From Candidatus Sigynarchaeum calidifontis (GTDB lineage Archaea > Asgardarchaeota > Lokiarchaeia > Sigyniarchaeales > Sigyniarchaeaceae), in NCBI GenBank assembly GCA_030587475.2, contig JAUQYZ020000100.1, positions 1 through 11,209 on the forward strand: 11,209 bases of DNA, written 5' to 3'. Position 1 is the stretch's first letter; each line of letters begins with the position of its first letter. The notes below the pieces were generated by a model. The model saw only the letters and a program-made list of their open reading frames with translations, was not told the origin of the DNA and did no database searches. The position numbers and the translations under genes were made by a program. This document shows, piece after piece, positions 8,573-11,209 of this stretch.

Positions 8573-8977
8573 TCTACATGCTTCGCGCGGGAACTATTCC
8601 AGGACCGGCAGCGCGCGTCGCATCGGGGAACGATTCCAGGGGCGCATTTTTGGATCATGAAGCCGATATTTGCCCGGATCGTGAATTCACCATGATCGCG
8701 ATCACCATTCGAAGGAGTCATGCAAGTGGTTCCAGGCGTGTCAACGACAGATACGGGACATCTGCACGATTGGAGTTCAAGAGGTACCATACATGCGGGT
8801 CTACGGCCAGTTCTAGACCACGCGCCAGAACACTTGAAACTCGACGTGTATCGGTCATGGTTAGCGGTTAATAAGATATCTTTGAAGACGACACAGATAG
8901 GATTGCTATTTGCCGGATTTATCGCAAGCCCGCAAGGGTGATACCTTCATAAAGCCGCATTTTCTCCTTTCTTCTAC

Positions 8978-9382
8978 ATGTGGGACCCTCTTGACATTGT
9001 GCGTGACTTGGACCTCGTGCAGCGCACGGGATTTTTACGAAAGATGACGGATCACGAGCTCCAGCAGCATTGGGAGCACGTCGCGGGGAAATGGAATGAT
9101 ATGGAATGGATTTTAAATCCCCCAAAGAGATACGTCGATGATCCCGTGTTGTCAACGCGCAAGCAAGAGGTTCTGGAGGCATTTTTCGATGCTTGCACTG
9201 TCGAGTTGGAAAAAATCCGCCGGATATGGGCGTGGCGACGTTTTTTTAACCGGAAACTGCCGGAGCTGAAGCCAGCGGTTGTTCACTTGGAACGATACCG
9301 AATTCCAAGAAGCAAGAGAAGAAATGTCTGGAAGCGAGCGGTGCTCACGCCTGCTGAACGTGGGGATTTTGATTTCGTGTAA
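8978..9382 (+). CDS. Hypothetical protein (134 aa, helical, Trp/Arg-rich)
   Basis: ATG-started ORF with protein-like composition and no longer competing ORF. No motif recognised. Confidence 0.6.
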   Translation: MWDPLDIVRDLDLVQRTGFLRKMTDHELQQHWEHVAGKWNDMEWILNPPKRYVDDPVLSTRKQEVLEAFFDACTVELEKIRRIWAWRRFFNRKLPELKPAVVHLERYRIPRSKRRNVWKRAVLTPAERGDFDFV

Positions 9383-9953
9383 CCGGGTTTCATGACGCGT
9401 CGAGATCCCGATCGTGGCTGTCTTTTCGAGATCAGGTTATTTGAGCACGTGTATTGATGAAGAAACCGCGATTCTTGCTTACACCTTTTCTTATATTTTG
9501 GAGCTTTGCATGATAACAAGCGAGGGGGCGATTGATGATAATAATGCTTTCGTAATGAATGGATTGATATATTCCGTTCGTTTTATGGTGGTCTAGGACC
9601 ATAATATGTATGCATGGATCGAGATTGTTCAATTTTTCGATAGACTACTAATTGTTCTTTTTGAATTGTTTATGTGCTTTATGCTAATTCGATAAAGACC
9701 TAAAAAGGACTTATACTTTTATGGTTGGTTGGGGGAAATGGGGTGTAAATACCTTTTTTGAAAATATTTTTGTTATGTATTATATTCTTTTGCATAATGA
9801 CTAATTCTCATTCATTCCTTTCGATATAATATTAGATGCGTTTGTGATAAGTCTTTTTTTATTAATTAATAGGTAAGCACGCCTTGGACAGAGAGCTTTC
9901 GACAGCCTACATATTTTCGAAAAATTCGAGGGAAGAAGTGTTAAAATATGCGT

Positions 9954-9978
9954 GTTACGTTTGTTACCCCAAGGTAAC
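9954..9978. promoter_or_regulatory. Palindromic operator candidate GTTACC-N4-GGTAAC with an extra GTTAC half-site
   Basis: Perfect inverted repeat at 9963-9968/9973-9978 and a GTTAC half-site at 9954-9958, about 35 nt upstream of the TATA box of the ArsR-type gene. Confidence 0.5.
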
Positions 9979-10011
9979 GCGGGTATGAAATTTCAGTAAA
10001 AGGGCAACAAC

Positions 10012-10020
10012 TTTAATATA
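10012..10020 (+). promoter_or_regulatory. TATA box (TTTAATATA) with a purine-rich BRE-like upstream sequence
   Basis: Located about 40 nt upstream of ATG 10059. Confidence 0.5.
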
Positions 10021-10058
10021 ATCGACGCGATTTACATCCACTGCTGTGGGATAAGCGC

Positions 10059-10400
10059 ATGGAAATCCACCAATACGAACCCTATCACGAGCCCGAAACT
10101 ATCGACGGGCCCATGAGATTGCGGGAAAGTGGTGAACAACTGGACATCATGAAGGCGCTCGCATCCGACACGCGGTTGAAAATCGTCAAGCTCTTGCGCA
10201 CCAAGCGCAACACGCCGGAGCGCGGCCTGGACATCTCATCGCTTGCAGCCGTGCTCGGACAGACCGAAGCAAACATATCGGCGCAGTGCAAGCGCCTGGA
10301 GAAGGTCGGGCTCATCAAGATCGAATACAAGCCAGGCGGCCACGGCGTGCGGAAGATTTGCCAGGTCGACTACACGGCGATCGAGCTCTTGCTCGATTAA
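10059..10400 (+). CDS. ArsR-family (HTH_20 / COG4189-like) transcriptional regulator
   Basis: KALASDTRLKIVKLL...LDISSLAAVLGQTEANISAQCKRLEKVGLIKIEYKPGGHGVRKIC is a canonical ArsR wHTH with the G.HG..KIC wing seen in COG4189-type regulators. Confidence 0.9.
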   Translation: MEIHQYEPYHEPETIDGPMRLRESGEQLDIMKALASDTRLKIVKLLRTKRNTPERGLDISSLAAVLGQTEANISAQCKRLEKVGLIKIEYKPGGHGVRKICQVDYTAIELLLD

Positions 10401-10914
10401 CGTGGCATCCATTCTTGTTTTACCCTTCAGCATTTGTCGCATTCCAAGATCGATGGTTGCAATGACTTGTACTTGATAGGTATTCAGAATCATGCTTCCG
10501 GCCATGGCATGGCCAGGGTGTTGGAGCGTTTGGTTCGGAAGTTTCCGGTATCCTTTTGAAGTCATGCAGCATACCGAGTCTGGATTTGCTACATTTGCAT
10601 TTCTGGACAATAAAATTGGGGTTTCGCATGCCATTACACACGCATCGCGGGACATGATTGAATGAAGCAGTGGTGCATGCGAATTCGATGGCAGCCGAAT
10701 GTTCCATGCAGATCGAGCTCGCAGGATGTCCTTGCTTGCCGTACAAGCCGCGGCGCGATGGGTGGAAGATCGAGCGAAGATTTACACATAAGCAGCATAC
10801 ATTTATTTCACATGTTCGCGGCTTGACTGCATTGAGCCGGGTAATCCAGGTCGCGATCAATCACGACAGCCCGCGACCGCTTGGATGCTCGTTCCTGGCG
10901 GGGTTACTATGCAG

Positions 10915-10952
10915 TTTAGATTTACTAGGACAAAATTGGACATGGCATGGAT
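10915..10952 (+). repeat. Four helically phased short direct repeats (TTAGAT / TAGGAC / TTGGAC / ATGGAT), putative TnpA binding sites
   Basis: RGA cores at 10918, 10928, 10938 and 10949, giving spacings of 10, 10 and 11 bp. Confidence 0.6.
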
Positions 10953-10995
10953 GATATCCGGCTTCCAATGTCTGAATTAATCGGCATCCAGCATC

Positions 10996-11209
10996 ATGAC
11001 ATCGTGCGCGAGAGGTGGCATCGCCGCGCCGATGATGGGCGTGTGCACCCGGACGATACGGCGATGGGATGCGGCGGGGAAGATCACGTGCACCAGGACG
11101 CCGGACGGGCACCGGCGGATATCGTTGATCGTCATCGAAGGCCATCAAGCACGCGATGCAAGGACTGATGATGGCGCCGAGCCAGGGCGAGCGGCGGTGT
11201 ACTGCCGCG
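10996..11209 (+). CDS. tnpA: IS607-family serine transposase TnpA (MerR-like HTH plus start of the resolvase domain), partial
   Basis: Manual translation: MTSCARGGIAAPMMGVCTRTIRRWDAAGKITCTRTPDGHRRISLIVIEG...GRAAVYCR. This matches the IS607 pattern AA.LLGV...TLRRW...GKI...RTPGGHRR followed by the (Y)xR(VS) catalytic motif. Not in the ORF track. Confidence 0.88.
   Translation, partial: MTSCARGGIAAPMMGVCTRTIRRWDAAGKITCTRTPDGHRRISLIVIEGHQARDARTDDGAEPGRAAVYCR

Larger units (their letters stand above)
10900..11209 (+). mobile_element. IS607-family insertion sequence, left end and 5' part (runs off the window)
   Basis: GGGG at 10900-10903 is followed by phased direct repeats and then an IS607-type tnpA. 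Confidence 0.75.

Noticed and set aside
8914-8957. SECIS-like element on the minus strand (ATGAA...GA)
   Set aside because: The helix above the putative GA core does not pair, there is no apical AA, and no in-frame TGA selenoprotein candidate lies nearby.
9590-9950. Chromosomal replication origin
   Set aside because: No ORB consensus repeats or cdc6/orc1 gene are in the window; the region is kept only as an AT-rich tract.
10420-10954. Cys-rich ORFs 10420..10860 (-) and 10658..10954 (+), and the palindrome GGCCATG-G-CATGGCC at 10500-10514
   Set aside because: There is no coherent Cys spacing or coding bias. CATG/TGCA words are common in these intergenic regions and produce Cys/Met/His codons and palindromes by chance.
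10947-11168. 73-aa ORF MDDIRLPM...
   Set aside because: It is an alternative frame overlapping IS607 tnpA, which has the recognisable motifs.
1-11209. CRISPR array, rRNA or tRNA genes
   Set aside because: No regularly spaced 25-40-bp repeats or conserved RNA gene motifs were seen by eye.

Overview
Probably archaeal, most consistent with a high-GC Asgard (Lokiarchaeia-like) genome. This is an inference from TATA-like promoters close to start codons, T-tract terminators, an Asgard-style LRR protein and a polytopic-membrane/glycoside-hydrolase fusion. The window is a mosaic of GC-rich and AT-richer blocks. Left to right: (i) a minus-strand CDS missing from the ORF track (it runs off the left edge), with two tandem C4 treble-clef/half-LIM-like zinc fingers, a Pro-rich linker and a probable wHTH, translationally coupled to an upstream wHTH gene; (ii) a decayed LRR paralog and an intact LRR gene; (iii) a DUF998 membrane protein and a small, probably truncated 2-TM gene; (iv) a 1098-aa protein with about 13 TM helices (6+6+1) fused to a GH123-like/DUF4091 domain; (v) a hypothetical protein, an AT-rich spacer with a palindromic operator and TATA box, and an ArsR/COG4189-like regulator; (vi) at the right edge, also missing from the ORF track, the left end (GG core plus helically phased repeats) and 5' part of tnpA of an IS607-family element. 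No rRNA, tRNA or CRISPR array was seen. All family calls come from manual motif recognition, not database searches.
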